Shown here piece after piece: positions 27,532-37,871 of a DNA stretch of 64,000 bases. The stretch spans positions 32,001-96,000 of the IMG/VR virus record IMGVR_UViG_2595698964_000001. One strand, 5' to 3'. The position numbers and the translations under genes are program-made. This DNA comes from a virus (taxonomy: Duplodnaviria > Caudoviricetes). The notes below the pieces were generated by a model. The model ran no database searches. It saw only the letters and a program-made list of their open reading frames with translations, and was not told where the DNA came from. Within the stretch, counting starts at the first letter, position 1. Each line of letters opens with the position of its first letter.

Positions 27532-27739
27532 GTTGTTCATTATTAAAGGATGGAACGGCAGGTATGGACAAGATGCCGTCTTCATAATCGAAGACCGAGA
27601 TACAGGTAAGCAGGGATTATATGTTGTTGGTATGAAACAAGAGCACGTAAGTTGGTTGGACGAAGACCTTTGTTCCATATACAATTTTGAGGACTTCTGT
27701 AATGAGAAAGTCGATAGCCTAGAAGAGATCGTGTTTTAA
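27524..27739 (+). CDS. Hypothetical protein
   Basis: Overlaps the upstream stop; GTG start. Confidence 0.55.
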   Translation: MDRLFIIKGWNGRYGQDAVFIIEDRDTGKQGLYVVGMKQEHVSWLDEDLCSIYNFEDFCNEKVDSLEEIVF

Positions 27740-27879
27740 AAGCGGCAACACCCTAAGTACTAAACTATGATTGTACAATCTTAACAGTGTACTGGGCGGT
27801 GTTGTGTTAATGCGACGACACAAGCGGCATAGTGGTTGGACAAGGGTCGCGTTCATGTAAACGAAGGGTGGTTTTGTCG

Positions 27880-28530
27880 ATGGTTAAAGAGAGTTTAGAA
27901 GTTCCTGAGATTGGGTTTTACAACCTTAGAAAGAGGATGACTGCTGAACAACTAGAATATGCAAACTCGATTCTCAAGAAGAACATTACATTCAGCAACT
28001 CTGGCGCGGGCACAGGCAAGACTACAGTAGCTGTAGCTTGTATGCGTTTCTTATATGAACTCGGATTGATTAACCACCTTTATTATATCGTTTCTCCTTG
28101 TGAGGAAAAGGCTCTTGGTCATAGACCGGGAACTCAAAAAGAGAAAGAAGCAGACTATATGTATCCGTTACACGATGCTCTTGTTGAAATAGGAGAAGTT
28201 CCTGAGAGAGCTACTGATGAGGTTGCGGGTTGGGTAACTCCTAAGACTGATACTTTCCTACGAGGAACAAACATAAAAGGCGCTGGAGTGATTATCGAAG
28301 AAGCACAAAACTGGACAACTCATCAACTCAGAAAAGGTCTAACTCGACTTCACGATGACTGTACAGTTGTCGTAATAGGTCATGACGGTCAAATTGATCT
28401 TAAACGTCCTCAAGATTCCGGGTTCAAAAAATGTATTGAGCACTTTGAAGTTCTTGGGGATAAAGTTGGTGTGGTGACGCTAACCACTGACTTTAGAGGT
28501 TGGATCTCAAGTCACGCAGATAAACTGTGA
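27880..28530 (+). CDS. phoH: PhoH-family ATPase
   Basis: GAGTGKT, LGHRPG, FLRGTN, IEEAQN, LTR and GHDGQID motifs. Confidence 0.9.
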   Translation: MVKESLEVPEIGFYNLRKRMTAEQLEYANSILKKNITFSNSGAGTGKTTVAVACMRFLYELGLINHLYYIVSPCEEKALGHRPGTQKEKEADYMYPLHDALVEIGEVPERATDEVAGWVTPKTDTFLRGTNIKGAGVIIEEAQNWTTHQLRKGLTRLHDDCTVVVIGHDGQIDLKRPQDSGFKKCIEHFEVLGDKVGVVTLTTDFRGWISSHADKL

Positions 28531-28540
28531 GGTGTAAATA

Positions 28541-28753
28541 TTGAAAGCTATAAACCTAGAACATAACTTGACTGACGTAGAACTCGAAGAGACACTAACA
28601 AAGGCTTTAAAAAGCCTTGTAGACATGAGGGAGCTGGACAAAGACCTCCCAGAGGGTTTGGCTAACGATATTAAAACAGAAGCGGAAGACCTTGTAGGAA
28701 AAGTTTTAGACAACATGACTTCCGAAATTCGTAATGTTCTGCTAATGAAATAA
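28541..28753 (+). CDS. Hypothetical protein
   Basis: GAGGTG RBS; TTG start. Confidence 0.7.
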   Translation: MKAINLEHNLTDVELEETLTKALKSLVDMRELDKDLPEGLANDIKTEAEDLVGKVLDNMTSEIRNVLLMK

Positions 28754-28836
28754 GATTACGACTATATGAGTTTAGACATTAAGGTGTAGATCAGTTATAG
28801 GTCTACACCTTAACTAATTTTCAGGGGGAAACTAAA

Positions 28837-29697
28837 TTGGAATTGTTAACAAAAGAGCAACTCAAAGCGATTGCTAAAATAATTCAAGAACACGTTGGTG
28901 TTCTCGTAAATCTTGCTGTTGGGAACCGTGAAGTTGATGGCAACTTACTTAAAAAACTAGGTATACCGATCGACGCGCCGTCAATTATTGAAAACGCGTT
29001 TGTTCTTGGTAAACTTGTACAACTTCTTCGTGAAAAAGATTTAAAGCAGATGTCTTTTGACGACCTTAAAAAGGAAAGTAAGAAGATGAAACTTTCTGTT
29101 GTAGAACGGAACTCGCTAGAGTTTTCTAAGAAGTCTGCAGCCAAATACGTTACAGCGCTAGGACAGCGAATTCAAAACAAGATAAACACAGATATAGAGC
29201 TTGCGTCTCAAAAGGTGAACCTAGAAGTAGCGGAAAGGGACATCGTAAGAGACAAAATATCGCAAGGAATCTTAAAACAGCGAACAAGAACACAACTAGC
29301 GTCCGACTTAGGACACGAGTTGGACGACTGGAAAAGAGACTGGAGACGCGTAGCGCATACGGAGCTTTGGAATGCAAAGCTACAAGGGGAAGTTGTTACA
29401 ATCCTTCAAGGGGAGTCTATTTATTCAAATGGGTCTAGAGGAGACACAATTGTCTTTAGACGTCCTGCGCCGGATGCCTGTAGTCACTGTAAACGATTAT
29501 ACTTGGAGTCCGATATGACGACACCCAAATTATTTAAGCTTAGTGAACTAGTAAACAACGGAACTAACGTTGGAAAGAAAGTCGCTGAATGGAAACCGAT
29601 AACAGGAACGACTCATCCCAACTGTTCTTGCCCTATAGCAGTTATGCCCGATGGTTTCGGTTTTAATGAACATGGACAGATTGAATTTAAAGGATAG
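28837..29697 (+). CDS. MuF/gp7-like minor head protein
   Basis: WRRVAHTE, ACSHC and HPNCSC motifs; directly upstream of the portal. Confidence 0.8.
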   Translation: MELLTKEQLKAIAKIIQEHVGVLVNLAVGNREVDGNLLKKLGIPIDAPSIIENAFVLGKLVQLLREKDLKQMSFDDLKKESKKMKLSVVERNSLEFSKKSAAKYVTALGQRIQNKINTDIELASQKVNLEVAERDIVRDKISQGILKQRTRTQLASDLGHELDDWKRDWRRVAHTELWNAKLQGEVVTILQGESIYSNGSRGDTIVFRRPAPDACSHCKRLYLESDMTTPKLFKLSELVNNGTNVGKKVAEWKPITGTTHPNCSCPIAVMPDGFGFNEHGQIEFKG

Positions 29698-29700
29698 GAG

Positions 29701-31464
29701 TTGATTGATTTGGGATTTTTTGACCGGATTTCAGGAGCGTACCAATCTATGCGAGGGTTGGTCGCATCCCCTCTTACTAAGTCATTCGCAGAAGAGATAC
29801 AAGAATCTAACTTACTAACTCAAGTTGACTTGAATCCTGAACAGCGTCTTGGTCCAAGCCATGAGGCGTTAGCTAAGTCGATTGCAGCACAGAAGACAAA
29901 GGCTCAGTTGGAAGACCCTTTTGGAATTACAGAGGCTATGGGTTACAAAGATAAGCCGTTTTCGTTATCATATGACATCCTCCGTCGGATGGCCAATAAA
30001 GACGCGGTAATTGCCTCGATTATTACAACTCGAGTGAACCAGGTGTCTACGTTCACGACCCCTGCACGTTTCAGCCGCAGCGGTATGGGTTACGAGATAC
30101 GACTCCGAGACCCGAATGAAGAGGTAACAGAAAAGGATTTAGAGACGATAACAGCCATTGAGAAGTTTCTTGAAAACACTGGATTCGATAATGACAACGA
30201 AAGAGACGACTTTGATACTTTTGTCCGTAAGATAACAAGAGACAGACTAACCTTTGACCAAGTAGCTATCGAAACAGTACCGGATAGAAAGGGGCGTCCT
30301 GCCGAGTTTTACGCAGTGGACGCGGCAACTATTCGCGTAGCATCAGAAAAGATTAGAGAAGACAACTCTTTGAACATCAAAGACAAAGACAAAATTAGAT
30401 ATGTTCAGGTTTTAAACGGGGAGATACAAGCTTACTTTACATCTTCTGAGTTAGGATTCGCTGTCTCTAACCCGAGGACTGATATTGGCGTAGCTCCTTA
30501 TGGTTTCAGTGAGCTGGAGATGCTTATTCACCAAGTTACTGCTCATCTCTGGGCTGAAGAATACAACTCTAGGTTCTTCTCTCAAGGTGGAACGACAAAG
30601 GGGATTATAAACCTTAAAAACGAAGGAAACGACCCTATAGACGCTGGAATGTTGGAATCATTTAAGCGCCAATGGAGAAGTCAAGTAAGCGGCATGACTG
30701 GTGCTTGGAAGACTCCAGTATTATCAGTTTCCGGATTAGAATACATTGACGTGTCTCAATCTAACCGAGAGATGGAATTTGAAAAATGGATGAACTATCT
30801 TATTAATATTGCTTGTGCGGTTTACCAGATTGACCCGTCTGAAATCAACTTTCCTAACCGAGGAGGCGCGGGTAATACTGGTGGTGGAGGTCTTGGAAAC
30901 GGCGGTATTAAAGACCGACTTTCTCACTCTAAGGACAAAGGTTTACGTCCATTGTTACGATTCATTGAGATGGTTATAAACAAGTTTATTGTATCTAAGT
31001 TTGACGAGCGTTATGTGTTTACCTTTGTCGGTATTGATGCGAAGTCTGACTCAGAGCTTATTGAACTTCAAAAATCTCAGGTAGAAACATTCAAGACACT
31101 TAATGAAATCCGTAAGGAGAATGGTCAAGAGCCCCTACCTCACGGAGACGTTGTACTTAATAGCAACTATATTAATTACCTACAGAGTTTGAATACATCG
31201 ACAACCGAGGATGAAGATCAACAGCAGGAAGTTTCGAACGAAGAGCAGCTCAACGAGGACGACGAGAACAAAGAGAAAAAGCCTAAAAAAGACAACGAAG
31301 ACAAGAAAGAGGATAAGGACAACGACAACGACAAAGATTCAAAGAAACAAAAGAAAGACAGCAAAGTTGACCCTGACGATGTAAGCGACGACGAAAACAA
31401 AGATACTAGTTCAAAAGACGTTTCAAAGTCCGAGACTAAGTTCTTAAGAATTGAGATTGAATAA
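29701..31464 (+). CDS. Portal protein
   Basis: RDRLTFDQ, YGFSELE, FFSQGGTTKG, MEFEKWMNYLINI and SKDKGLRPLL motifs typical of Herelleviridae portals; acidic/KD low-complexity tail. Confidence 0.93.
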   Translation: MIDLGFFDRISGAYQSMRGLVASPLTKSFAEEIQESNLLTQVDLNPEQRLGPSHEALAKSIAAQKTKAQLEDPFGITEAMGYKDKPFSLSYDILRRMANKDAVIASIITTRVNQVSTFTTPARFSRSGMGYEIRLRDPNEEVTEKDLETITAIEKFLENTGFDNDNERDDFDTFVRKITRDRLTFDQVAIETVPDRKGRPAEFYAVDAATIRVASEKIREDNSLNIKDKDKIRYVQVLNGEIQAYFTSSELGFAVSNPRTDIGVAPYGFSELEMLIHQVTAHLWAEEYNSRFFSQGGTTKGIINLKNEGNDPIDAGMLESFKRQWRSQVSGMTGAWKTPVLSVSGLEYIDVSQSNREMEFEKWMNYLINIACAVYQIDPSEINFPNRGGAGNTGGGGLGNGGIKDRLSHSKDKGLRPLLRFIEMVINKFIVSKFDERYVFTFVGIDAKSDSELIELQKSQVETFKTLNEIRKENGQEPLPHGDVVLNSNYINYLQSLNTSTTEDEDQQQEVSNEEQLNEDDENKEKKPKKDNEDKKEDKDNDNDKDSKKQKKDSKVDPDDVSDDENKDTSSKDVSKSETKFLRIEIE

Positions 31465-31549
31465 AATCTCAATTTTTTCAAAAATAAAATAAATATCATG
31501 TGTAACATATATTGTCTACAGGTTTGAAACAACGAGTCATCGGCAGGAG

Positions 31550-32302
31550 GTGATTAAATTGCCTGAAGAAAAGTTGAAATTTTTTGTAGAAGCTGACGTT
31601 GATTTAAAAAAGTCTGAAGAGGAAGGCGATTGGTATATACGTGGTTACGGGTCAACTGAAAATGAAGACCGTCAGGGAGAATGTATGATTCAAAAAGGAT
31701 TAGACATTAGTGACTTCCTGAAATGTGGATTTCTGAACTACGACCATGATAACTCTCAGATTCTTGGTTACCCAACAGAGAACACTCATATTGACGACCG
31801 AGGGCTTTGGATTGAAGGCGTTCTTCTAAAAGATGTCCCACTAGCACAAAGAATGTGGAATCTGGCGAAGTCTCTTAAAAAGTCAAATGCACCTCGTAAA
31901 CTAGGATTCTCTATTGAAGGGAAGGTGCTAGAGCGTAAGGGAAACCGGATTGTAAAAGCGAAGGTTTATCATTGCGCAATTACACCTACTCCTGCAAACA
32001 CTGATGCAACTTGGGAGGCTGTTGTTAAATCCTTTAATGGAGACGCTGACGTAAGTAAGACTATGGAAGCGGGTTACGCCACAACTCCTGAGACTCAGTC
32101 AGACGGAGGTGCTTTACGTAGAGAAAGTGTTGAACAAGATATAAAAAGAATCGCAGCCAACCTAGACAATTTTAATTACTGGGAGAACGTCAAGAGGAAT
32201 CTCGCTAACGGCGATACAGTTTCAAAATCCGAAATGGTTGTTTTCCTTCAGTTGAGCAAAGGATTGTCGAGAGGACAAGCCCTTGAAATTGTAAAAGACT
32301 AA
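31550..32302 (+). CDS. Prohead protease
   Basis: GYGST..EDRQGE, NYDH, LGFSIEG and AITPTPAN motifs. Confidence 0.9.
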   Translation: MIKLPEEKLKFFVEADVDLKKSEEEGDWYIRGYGSTENEDRQGECMIQKGLDISDFLKCGFLNYDHDNSQILGYPTENTHIDDRGLWIEGVLLKDVPLAQRMWNLAKSLKKSNAPRKLGFSIEGKVLERKGNRIVKAKVYHCAITPTPANTDATWEAVVKSFNGDADVSKTMEAGYATTPETQSDGGALRRESVEQDIKRIAANLDNFNYWENVKRNLANGDTVSKSEMVVFLQLSKGLSRGQALEIVKD

Positions 32303-32320
32303 AACGCGGAGGTGCGATAG

Positions 32321-32983
32321 ATGGAAAAGAATATTCTAGATGAGTTAGAAAACAAAGCTGACCAGATTCTAGCTAAGTCGGCGGAGGCTGCTAAAGCCGA
32401 GGAAGAAGAAAAGAAAGCCAAGGAAACAAAAGAAGCTGAAGAAGCACAGACAAAAGACGAAAACTCTGAAGAGGTTGCTCCGAAAGGGGAAGAAACTTCA
32501 GAAGAGAGCACAGAGGAAGTAAAGGAAGAAGCTGTTGCTAAGTCTGAAGAGTCATTTACAGTTCTTGCTGAAGCTATCCGTGAAGACATTGCTAAGTCTT
32601 CTGCTAGCGCTAACAAAGGTTTCAATGTTCTTGCTAAGTCATTTATGTCCCTAATGGATACTAACGAGCAGCTGTCTAAATCTGTAAAAGCCCAAAGCGA
32701 AAAAATTGAGGAACAAGAGTCCGTAATTAAGAGCCTTGAGACTCGACTGGAAAGCCTTGAGAAGCAACCAGTTGGACGTAAAGCTGTAGTTGAAGTTGTT
32801 GAGAAGTCTTTCGAGACGGACAAGCCTAAAGCTGAAGAACAACTCACAAAAGGTGAGATTCTCGCTAAACTTAGCAACGCGGTTATGAATGGTAACAACG
32901 CAGTTACAACTGCTGATGTTGTAAAATACGAATCCACAGGTGAGATGCGCGAAGAAGTTCGCCAAGCTATCCTGTCAAACTAA
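32321..32983 (+). CDS. Scaffolding protein (putative)
   Basis: Acidic coiled-coil protein between the protease and the capsid gene; repeated (A/S/E)KS motifs. Confidence 0.75.
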   Translation: MEKNILDELENKADQILAKSAEAAKAEEEEKKAKETKEAEEAQTKDENSEEVAPKGEETSEESTEEVKEEAVAKSEESFTVLAEAIREDIAKSSASANKGFNVLAKSFMSLMDTNEQLSKSVKAQSEKIEEQESVIKSLETRLESLEKQPVGRKAVVEVVEKSFETDKPKAEEQLTKGEILAKLSNAVMNGNNAVTTADVVKYESTGEMREEVRQAILSN

Positions 32984-32999
32984 ACGGAGGTGTCCATAA

Positions 33000-34412
33000 A
33001 TGAACGAATTAAACTTTGATATGCAAGGCGCTGGTTTTGGTATTGGTAGCCAAGAATCAGTCACTAACTTAAACAAAGCATTAGAAGCAGGATACGGTAC
33101 TTCACCTGATACACAATCTGGCGGTGGAGCGTTCCGCGTAGAATCTCTAGAGTCTTCTTTAAAGGTTCTGACCTACACTGACCAACAAATTAAATTTTGG
33201 AAGCGTATTCCTAAGCTTACTGCGACAAACACTGTTGAAGAATACAACCAGTTACTAAGCTACGGCGCTGACGGTGGCGGCTTCCTTCCAGAAGGTCAAA
33301 CGCCTGATACTGAAGATTCTCAATACCAACGTCAATCTGCGTTCGTTAAGTTCTTAGGTATCACTCGTGAAGTAACTCACCAAATGACGCTAGTTAACTC
33401 TGCTCATGGTGATGTTATTGCTCGTTCTAACCAAGATGGTATTATGAGCATACTTAAGAAACTTGAACATGGTCTTTTCTGGGGTAACTCTAAACTTGGT
33501 GCTGGTGGTACTGAGTACGTTGAGTTTGATGGTCTTGACAGTCAGATTTCTGAAGAGAACACTATCAACCTTAAAGGTAATCCGTTAGAGCCTGAGCACT
33601 TAAACTTTGGGTCTAATATGATCATTGATAACTATGGTACTCCTACAGATTTATTTGTACCATACGCGGTTCAAGCGCATTTTGCTAACTCTTACATCCC
33701 TAAAGAGCGTCAATTTATGCCAACTGCGCAAAGCAACACAGCTGGTACAGTAATCGACACTTACAACACTATTGGTGGACCAGTTAACTTTACACCAGAT
33801 GTGTTCTTACGTCAGACTAAGCCATTATCAGTGCTCCAGCCACATGCGAAAGCTCCGGCTCAACCAGCTAGCGTAACTGCTGAAGACCTTGCTGCGGCTA
33901 CAACTGATGGTGAATTCTATAACTCTGGTGCAGGCGTATACAAATACTTTGTAACAGCTTCTAACCGTCATGGTGAGTCTGCTGCTACTGAGATTGATGC
34001 TCCTGTAACTCTTACTGCTGATGATTTACAAAAAGCAGTCACTATCAAGATCAAAAATGCAGGTTCTTCTATGTTCCCGGTAGACTATTACACTGTGTAC
34101 CGCACAGAAGCTGGTGGAAACATGGCGTACCAAATTGCTCGTATCCCTGTTAGCTCTGCTGCTGGTGGATCTGAAACGTTGTTTAAAGATCGTAACTTGA
34201 CTATGCCTAACACTTACACAGCGTTCATGGGTGAAATGTCTGAACAAGTTCTTGCGTTCAAACAGCTCGCTCCATTAACAAAAATGGATCTAGCGACTGT
34301 TGGACCATCTTACCGTTGGATGATTCTTCTTTATGGAACTCCAATCTTGTACGCTCCTAAGAAATGGGTGCGCTTCAAGAACATCAAAGCTGAGATTGGT
34401 CAGTTCTCGTAA
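33000..34412 (+). CDS. Major capsid protein
   Basis: GYGTSPDTQSGGGAFRVE N-terminal motif, EFDGL, YGTPTD and LYAPKKWVRFKNI, as in Herelleviridae MCPs. Confidence 0.93.
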   Translation: MNELNFDMQGAGFGIGSQESVTNLNKALEAGYGTSPDTQSGGGAFRVESLESSLKVLTYTDQQIKFWKRIPKLTATNTVEEYNQLLSYGADGGGFLPEGQTPDTEDSQYQRQSAFVKFLGITREVTHQMTLVNSAHGDVIARSNQDGIMSILKKLEHGLFWGNSKLGAGGTEYVEFDGLDSQISEENTINLKGNPLEPEHLNFGSNMIIDNYGTPTDLFVPYAVQAHFANSYIPKERQFMPTAQSNTAGTVIDTYNTIGGPVNFTPDVFLRQTKPLSVLQPHAKAPAQPASVTAEDLAAATTDGEFYNSGAGVYKYFVTASNRHGESAATEIDAPVTLTADDLQKAVTIKIKNAGSSMFPVDYYTVYRTEAGGNMAYQIARIPVSSAAGGSETLFKDRNLTMPNTYTAFMGEMSEQVLAFKQLAPLTKMDLATVGPSYRWMILLYGTPILYAPKKWVRFKNIKAEIGQFS

Positions 34413-34431
34413 GAACAACGAAGCCTACTGC

Positions 34432-34466
34432 AAAGCCCTTCCTCTTAAAAAGAGGTTGGGCTTTTT
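34432..34466 (+). terminator. Terminator after the capsid gene
   Basis: AAAGCCC..CCTCTT-AAA-AAGAGG..GGGCTTTTT. Confidence 0.7.
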
Positions 34467-34514
34467 ATTATATTCTTGTTTATGTATTCCACTAATTTCA
34501 AGGAGGAGTTATAA

Positions 34515-34808
34515 ATGAATAAACTAACACATGTTTCACTACGAAACACAGAATTGGTGACTAGCTTCGGACGTGTTGCTGTTGACGATAAAGGTGTTGT
34601 AGATTCTTCAAACCTATCTAAGGACGCGTTGGAGAAGCTAGGAGCGTTGGAAGGATTCTCTTTGAGCGGTAAGTCTAAAGGCGACGAAAAACCAGAAGAG
34701 AAGGAAAATAAACAGCAAGAAACTGAAGAACAAGAAGAAGTTAAGTCTGATGAAGAAGTAGAACAGAAGAAGGATAAGAAGAACAAGAAAAACAAAAAGA
34801 AAGACTAA
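34515..34808 (+). CDS. Small charged protein after the MCP
   Basis: AAGGAGGAG RBS; acidic region then a Lys-rich tail. Confidence 0.75.
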   Translation: MNKLTHVSLRNTELVTSFGRVAVDDKGVVDSSNLSKDALEKLGALEGFSLSGKSKGDEKPEEKENKQQETEEQEEVKSDEEVEQKKDKKNKKNKKKD

Positions 34809-34821
34809 GGGGTTGATATGA

Positions 34822-35595
34822 ATGTCGTACTTCGATACTGATACTATTCGTAACCTCTACTTGTTCGGTATTGTTCTCAAAGATACAGAAGGTAAAGACT
34901 TCCCAGATGAGTTGCTTCAGACGTACTTAGACTCGGCTATTGCTTGGGCAGAGAAAAAGCTCGGAGTTGTAATACACCCAAGATCAGAAGAAGAAACTCA
35001 TGACTTCCATATTAGAGACTACCAAAACTGGGGCTATTTACAGCTTTACCGTAAGCCTGTAATCGAGGTTGAGTCGCTTACAATGTATTTTGGAGCGCAA
35101 CAGGTTATGACAATTCCTAAAGATTGGCTCAAGATTGACCCTATTTCAGGACAGGTTCAACTATTCCCAGCTTCAGGGTCAACCACTGGCGGGCCAATAT
35201 TGACTGCTAATGGAAGCTTGTTTCTACCTCTCACGCAGGGACGTCTAGATTTTGCACCTCAACTCTGGAAAGTTAAGTACAAAGCGGGTATGACATTACC
35301 AGAAAAAGGTGAGAATCAGATTTATAGAAAGCACGACTTACACCCGGACTTAAAAGAGATCATCTACAAGAAAGCTGCTAACTCAGTCTTAACAGTTTGG
35401 GGAGACTTAATCCTTGGCGCAGGTATTGCGAGTCAAGCGATTAGTATTGATGGAGCTTCTCAGTCTGTTAACACTACTCAATCAGCTATGTACGGCGCAG
35501 CGTCTGCTCGTATTCAACAATACGAAGCTGACATTGATAAGTTACTAGCTGGTTTACAGCGTTATTATGTCGGAATTAATGTGACGGTGGTTTAA
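34822..35595 (+). CDS. Head-tail adaptor/neck protein
   Basis: Position; HPDL...WGDLILGAGIA...SAMYGAASARI motif of Herelleviridae neck proteins. Confidence 0.75.
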   Translation: MSYFDTDTIRNLYLFGIVLKDTEGKDFPDELLQTYLDSAIAWAEKKLGVVIHPRSEEETHDFHIRDYQNWGYLQLYRKPVIEVESLTMYFGAQQVMTIPKDWLKIDPISGQVQLFPASGSTTGGPILTANGSLFLPLTQGRLDFAPQLWKVKYKAGMTLPEKGENQIYRKHDLHPDLKEIIYKKAANSVLTVWGDLILGAGIASQAISIDGASQSVNTTQSAMYGAASARIQQYEADIDKLLAGLQRYYVGINVTVV

Positions 35596-35596
35596 T

Positions 35597-36313
35597 ATGG
35601 CTGAACGTGATGAATTATACGCAATTAACCTTGGTCGTGTAGATTTCACCCCTGGTGACTTTGATAAGTTTGTTTACCAACATGGAGCGAAGGCATTATG
35701 GGAACGTTCAATGTTATGCTCTTGTATAAGTGAGAGTTCAGGACAACCTGATTTTACTTGTCCGAACTGTGATGGGAAAGGGTTCTCTTACGATGAAGGT
35801 AAGGTAATTAAGGCTCTTATTAGTAACGCTGACGGGCAGAAGGACTCTGTGCCTGTTGGATTGTTGGATGTTGGTACGACGCTAGCTACTATCTCGTCAG
35901 AGTTTAGAGTTGGTTTTAGAGACCGCCTTCTGTTCCCTGACATGAGAACAGTTTACTCCCAAGTATTGACTTATAAAGGCAACCCGGCAGGAGAACGTCT
36001 AAAGTACTATTGTGCGGAGATGCAGCAGGTCAGGGTTCTTGATACCAAGATACCTGAAGATAAGTATGAGGTTAATGGTTCGAGGATAATTTTCAAAGAG
36101 GATGCGGGAATACAAGTTGGCGAAAGGTTTTCAGTCCTTATGTACACCATACCTTCATACGTTGTCATTGATATACCTCACGAGTTGCGAGGGACATTTG
36201 TAAAAATGGGACGTGTAACTGACACTTGGGAAGAGTTACCTAAACAGTACATGATAAAACGCGAGGATTTACTACCTACGACTAGAGGAGGGAGCTTACT
36301 TGAGACAGATTAG
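35597..36313 (+). CDS. Neck/head-closure protein
   Basis: WERSMLCSC...CPNCDGKG, VGFRDR and LPKQYMIKRED motifs; position. Confidence 0.7.
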   Translation: MAERDELYAINLGRVDFTPGDFDKFVYQHGAKALWERSMLCSCISESSGQPDFTCPNCDGKGFSYDEGKVIKALISNADGQKDSVPVGLLDVGTTLATISSEFRVGFRDRLLFPDMRTVYSQVLTYKGNPAGERLKYYCAEMQQVRVLDTKIPEDKYEVNGSRIIFKEDAGIQVGERFSVLMYTIPSYVVIDIPHELRGTFVKMGRVTDTWEELPKQYMIKREDLLPTTRGGSLLETD

Positions 36314-37031
36314 TATTGAGATTCCTCAAGGGTTTTCGGACGTACTCAACAGTCAAATTCGTTCCTCTGCGACGGCTTCAATCTCGTCAACACTTATGGC
36401 GACCAAGTCTCATTGGGAACAACTTGTACAACAAAGGCTGAAAACTTCTAGAGCTGATTACTTACTAGGACTCAATGCTGATAACTCTCTCACCTTTCCG
36501 GATGAGTTTACTGGCGTGTTGACCCTTCGAGGACAATGGGCTAACATGCTTGAGGAAGGATTCCCGGCTTTTGATATGAAGTCGGGTTTTTCTCACGCTC
36601 GTAACGTTAAGCAGAAGAAGGACGGAGGATGGTACATGACTGTGCCATTTAGACACAGAACTCCTAACACTGCGGGGTCAGCTGTCGGAGGACGCGCTAT
36701 GCCTGATGACATTTATAGTCACGCGAGGGCTATGAGAGGACAGTCACCAAGATTAGCAGGGACTGAAGATAAGTACCCTGCAGGTAAGTCTTGGACTGGG
36801 TATCAACATAAAAACGGTATCTATGAAGGCTTGACAAAGAACCGTAAGAAATACGAACGCGCAGTTCAAAACTCTTATTACACTTTCCGACGAGTTAGTG
36901 ACAAATCAGATCCATCCTCTTGGAAGCATCCGGGATTCAAGGGAGTTAAAGCATTCCAAGAAGTAGAAAGCTTTGCTCAACAGACGTTTACGCAGGTCTT
37001 TAACACTTACATTAAAAACACTATGGGGTGA
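36300..37031 (+). CDS. Neck/tail completion protein
   Basis: KKDGGWYMTVPFR and YYTFRRVSDKSDPSSW motifs; position. Confidence 0.7.
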   Translation: MRQISIEIPQGFSDVLNSQIRSSATASISSTLMATKSHWEQLVQQRLKTSRADYLLGLNADNSLTFPDEFTGVLTLRGQWANMLEEGFPAFDMKSGFSHARNVKQKKDGGWYMTVPFRHRTPNTAGSAVGGRAMPDDIYSHARAMRGQSPRLAGTEDKYPAGKSWTGYQHKNGIYEGLTKNRKKYERAVQNSYYTFRRVSDKSDPSSWKHPGFKGVKAFQEVESFAQQTFTQVFNTYIKNTMG

Positions 37032-37035
37032 TTAC

Positions 37036-37869
37036 ATGATTCAGATTCCTGAGATCACTGTTAAAAGGATTATAGAGAAAGGATTACAACAGCTACAAAG
37101 TAATCCAGACGCTTTTGATAAGATGTTTGCAACAGCCGACCTGACTACGCGAAGTAGAATCAAAAGTCTGTTTGCTAAGAGCATACCTAACGTAGTTCTG
37201 GGTTACCCACTCGAGCAAAGTTCAGTCCCTACGTATGTCATAACGTTAGGTCAAGACCTAGAAGAAGAACACAGTATTGGGAACCAGCTAGGAGAGGACG
37301 AGGTTGACTTTCTAATAGCTTCTGAACCCCAACCTGACCTAGTAAGAGTGTACAGAGATAGAGAGACAGGAAACTACCACGTGAAAACAACAATACGCCC
37401 TATCGAGTCTGTTGAGAGTATCTACGTTACAGCAGAGGATGAAACTCACTTTTCTGGATTTGTTGTAGTAGACGAGGTGAGAGGGGTAATTGATGTAACA
37501 GCTCTAAACGTTTCTATTTACGACACCCTTGAAGTTGCCGTAAAGCCTAAGACAGGCGGGTTTGAGTCTTTTGGGTCTATGTTTACTACAACGCTAAATG
37601 TAGAGACTTGGACAACTAATGGGGATTTAACAATATGTATGTACACAATACTTAAATACATCCTTCTAGCTGCCAAAGACGAGATGTACAAGCAAGGGTT
37701 TATTGACGTCAAACTTGCGGGCGGCGACCTTCAATTCAATCCGGAGTATAGTCCGGAGCGTGTTTACTCAAGAATGACTACAATTACTTTCAAATTGGAA
37801 AGCTCAATAGATAATGAATATGGGTTCTTAACAGAGATTTTTGTTAATGGAACATTAGAGGAGGATTGA
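37036..37869 (+). CDS. Tail terminator-like protein
   Basis: Position before the sheath gene; GGGGTG RBS. Confidence 0.6.
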   Translation: MIQIPEITVKRIIEKGLQQLQSNPDAFDKMFATADLTTRSRIKSLFAKSIPNVVLGYPLEQSSVPTYVITLGQDLEEEHSIGNQLGEDEVDFLIASEPQPDLVRVYRDRETGNYHVKTTIRPIESVESIYVTAEDETHFSGFVVVDEVRGVIDVTALNVSIYDTLEVAVKPKTGGFESFGSMFTTTLNVETWTTNGDLTICMYTILKYILLAAKDEMYKQGFIDVKLAGGDLQFNPEYSPERVYSRMTTITFKLESSIDNEYGFLTEIFVNGTLEED

Positions 37870-37871
37870 TC

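Noticed and set aside
31200-31440. GAC/AAA-rich repetitive DNA at the end of the portal gene
   Set aside because: It encodes a low-complexity D/K/E tail and is not a DNA repeat array.
32299-32937. 212-aa minus-strand ORF, and similar antisense ORFs over the structural genes
   Set aside because: These are shadow ORFs opposite well-supported genes, with no RBS and Ser/Leu/Phe-rich composition.
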